64,000 bases of DNA from an uncultured Spirochaetota bacterium (GTDB taxonomy: Bacteria > Spirochaetota > Spirochaetia > SZUA-6 > Fen-1364), in NCBI GenBank assembly GCA_963734545.1, contig CAVTHO010000007.1, forward strand, positions 672,001-736,000, given 5' to 3'. Below are positions 61,886 to 64,000 of the stretch, piece by piece. Both the position numbers and the translations under genes were made by a program. A model generated the notes under the pieces. It worked only from the letters and a program-made list of their open reading frames with translations, ran no database searches and was not told the origin of the DNA. Every line of letters begins with the position of its first letter. The stretch's first letter is position 1.

Positions 61886-62951
61886 CGGCGATGTCCCCGA
61901 TCGAGAAGGTCGTGTAGTAGAACTCTTCCCAGGTGCCCAGCCCCTTGTCGAACCATCCCGCGGTAAGATCGACAGTCGCCGTTTGCCCGATCCCGGAAAT
62001 AAGGGCCGGCGGGAACTGCCCGGCCGCGGTGTCCAGCTCGACGGTGGTGTCGGTGGCTTTCACGCTTCCCACCAGGGTCGGTGTCCGAATCCCTTTCTGC
62101 CACAGAAGACAGGCCGCCCGCCTGCCGTCGGCCCGGGGCTGGAGCTCGAGGGTGAAATGGTTGTCCTTGCCCGGGGACCGGGACCCGAACACATAGAGGA
62201 AATACGAGACTCTCTCCGCGAATCCGCCCTCGACTGAAAGCGAGATCTTGAGGGTGCCGTCTTCGAGCGAGCCGGAAATCGCGTCGATTCGCGTGCCGGT
62301 AAGGGCCCAGGCGCGCGAGTCTGATATCGGCAGCACCGTGAAGTCGCCCTGCTTTTCCTTCGTGAAGAAAGCCGGAGTGAACCCGGTGGAAAATGTTGCC
62401 ACGGCCCGCATGCCGGGGGGCGGAGTCTCTGCGGCAGCCTGCGATGAGACGGCTGCCGCCTGCGCGCCGGAGGGCGAAGAAGCCGGTTCCCCGAGACCTG
62501 CCTGCGCCGCCGTTGTCTCTGCGCGCGCAAAGCCGGCGATACGCGGGGAATCCGGGGCAATGCTGAGAAGCGCCGGGCTGGCAAATATCGCGTAGAACCT
62601 GTCCCCTACCCTGCTGTCCGCCTGCAGGGTGATGACGCGCACGGGGTATTCGTTCAGGTCCTGCACGGCAAAGAATCCCACCAGGAGATGGGTCCCGTCC
62701 GCAAGCCCGTCGAGCTTCACCGTCGCGTTGGGGGCAAGCGAGGCAAACGGTACTCCGTCATGCGCGGCAAAAAACCCCGCGATCCTGCTCGCAAGCAGAG
62801 GGCTCCCCACAGTGAGGTCCGCGAGCTCCCCGGGGTCCACCGCGTAATAGAATGTCGCGTTCTCCTGGTTCTGCAGAAACACACCGCTCTGCGCGAAGGC
62901 AGCGGCACATACCGTCAGGGCGATTGCCGCACCCAGCATGATTCTTTTCAT
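61875..62951 (-). CDS. Exported hypothetical protein
   Basis: Signal peptide (AFA-Q); two beta-rich domains joined by an Ala/Pro/Ser linker; GGAG RBS. Confidence 0.65.
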   Translation of the reverse strand: MKRIMLGAAIALTVCAAAFAQSGVFLQNQENATFYYAVDPGELADLTVGSPLLASRIAGFFAAHDGVPFASLAPNATVKLDGLADGTHLLVGFFAVQDLNEYPVRVITLQADSRVGDRFYAIFASPALLSIAPDSPRIAGFARAETTAAQAGLGEPASSPSGAQAAAVSSQAAAETPPPGMRAVATFSTGFTPAFFTKEKQGDFTVLPISDSRAWALTGTRIDAISGSLEDGTLKISLSVEGGFAERVSYFLYVFGSRSPGKDNHFTLELQPRADGRRAACLLWQKGIRTPTLVGSVKATDTTVELDTAAGQFPPALISGIGQTATVDLTAGWFDKGLGTWEEFYYTTFSIGDIAVTR

Positions 62952-63005
62952 CGCTTCTCTCCCCTTTTCCTATCGGCACAATCCCGCCAAATGCCTTCTT
63001 TCCGC

Positions 63006-64000
63006 TCATTTCCTGCGCACGACGAGGATGGTGAGGTCGTCTCGCTGCTCATCCTCCAGCAGGTGAGAGAAATGCACGTACGGGTCATCCGGCTGCCCTT
63101 CCAGCCGGTGGGAAAAGTACCGTGGGTATTGCAGGAAATGCTTCTGTAGGAAGGCGTCGATTTTCGCGTCGACCGCGACCTTGTTGCCGTCTCCGGCCGT
63201 CGGCGCCAAGACCAGCCGAAACACCTTCTCCGCGGACACGACCGAGAGGACCGCCTCTTTCACGGTTCCTTCGCAGCTTGAAAAGTCGAACTCAAGCTCT
63301 TCGTTCGGTATCGGATTATGGTGGCGAACGAGCTTGACCCGCGACTTGCTGAAGACTCCCGTAATGAACTCGTCCATTCGATCCTTGCCGAAGTCTTCGT
63401 TGTCGGTTCCCCACTTGTGGGTGCCGAGATGATAGTCCCCTTCCTTCAGCCCTGGTTCCTGGCAGGTGATCACCTCGAACGAGGCGTCTCGCAGGAATCT
63501 CTTTGCCTCATCGACACCGTCCGTGGGGAGGAAGAGAACGTCACCGTGGTCGAGGGTGAGGGGAAACTGGGGAAATCCGGATTTCATTTCCACGAGCATG
63601 GAGGGAAACACGCCCGCCGCCGGGGACCCCTTTTCCTTCGGTGTCAGCTCACGGTGCACCATGCGCTTCTCGCTGACGTCATAGATATTCAACTCGTTGT
63701 CTCCGGCCGGGCAGACGGTGATCGCACCGGTCGCGGTGTTGAAAAGGCAGATGGTGAAAGCCGCAAACAGACCCTTGAACCCCCGCTCCTCCAGCATGTC
63801 GTTGATCGTGTAAACGAGCGTATCCAGGCGCTCCAGGTCCTTGAGGAGACGCTGTCTTTCTCCGGCATCCTTGATCTGGGCGAGGCTGTCTTTCCGCCGC
63901 TTCCAATCGCGGCAGTGATTGATGAAAAGAGTTGCCACCTCGACCATGATGAGACCGGCGGAGACCCCGTGGCCCGAGACGTCGCACTTGATGAGCGCAT
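63006..64000 (-). CDS. SpoIIE/PP2C-family phosphatase (3' part; runs off window end)
   Basis: CDVSGHGVSAGLIM, LPTDGVDEA, EQRDDLTILVV. Confidence 0.85.
   Translation of the reverse strand, partial: ALIKCDVSGHGVSAGLIMVEVATLFINHCRDWKRRKDSLAQIKDAGERQRLLKDLERLDTLVYTINDMLEERGFKGLFAAFTICLFNTATGAITVCPAGDNELNIYDVSEKRMVHRELTPKEKGSPAAGVFPSMLVEMKSGFPQFPLTLDHGDVLFLPTDGVDEAKRFLRDASFEVITCQEPGLKEGDYHLGTHKWGTDNEDFGKDRMDEFITGVFSKSRVKLVRHHNPIPNEELEFDFSSCEGTVKEAVLSVVSAEKVFRLVLAPTAGDGNKVAVDAKIDAFLQKHFLQYPRYFSHRLEGQPDDPYVHFSHLLEDEQRDDLTILVVRRK

Overview
GC-rich bacterial chromosomal window, most likely from a free-living spirochaete (flaA sheath protein, spiro-SPASM-like protein, CheW-CheR fusion, long LptD-like protein). 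No mobile elements or CRISPR were found. Contents in order: V/A-type ATPase operon (B truncated, then A, E, F, K, I, C, G) downstream of pgk-tpiA-secG-PTS IIA; phoH/7TM-HD/ybeY/TPR; lptD-like and uvrA; mutS2-rsgA-murI; rluA and yggS; an ECF transporter; a 22-bp tandem hairpin array; archease; a cluster resembling the Gram-positive flavin-based extracellular electron transfer locus (polyprenyl synthase, membrane-anchored NDH-2, ApbE, MenA-like, Gx transporter, NusG-II-domain protein); tRNA-Val(GAC); a degenerate CheA plus CheW-CheR facing a REC-PilZ gene; flaA; a spiro-SPASM/cytidylyltransferase/methyltransferase/ATP-grasp operon; xseAB; rlmI-like; a PEGA protein; a degenerate ychF; and a truncated PP2C phosphatase. 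About 17 genes, including housekeeping ones, carry single-base frameshifts, which points to long-read indel errors. All calls are from motif recognition by eye; no database searches were run.
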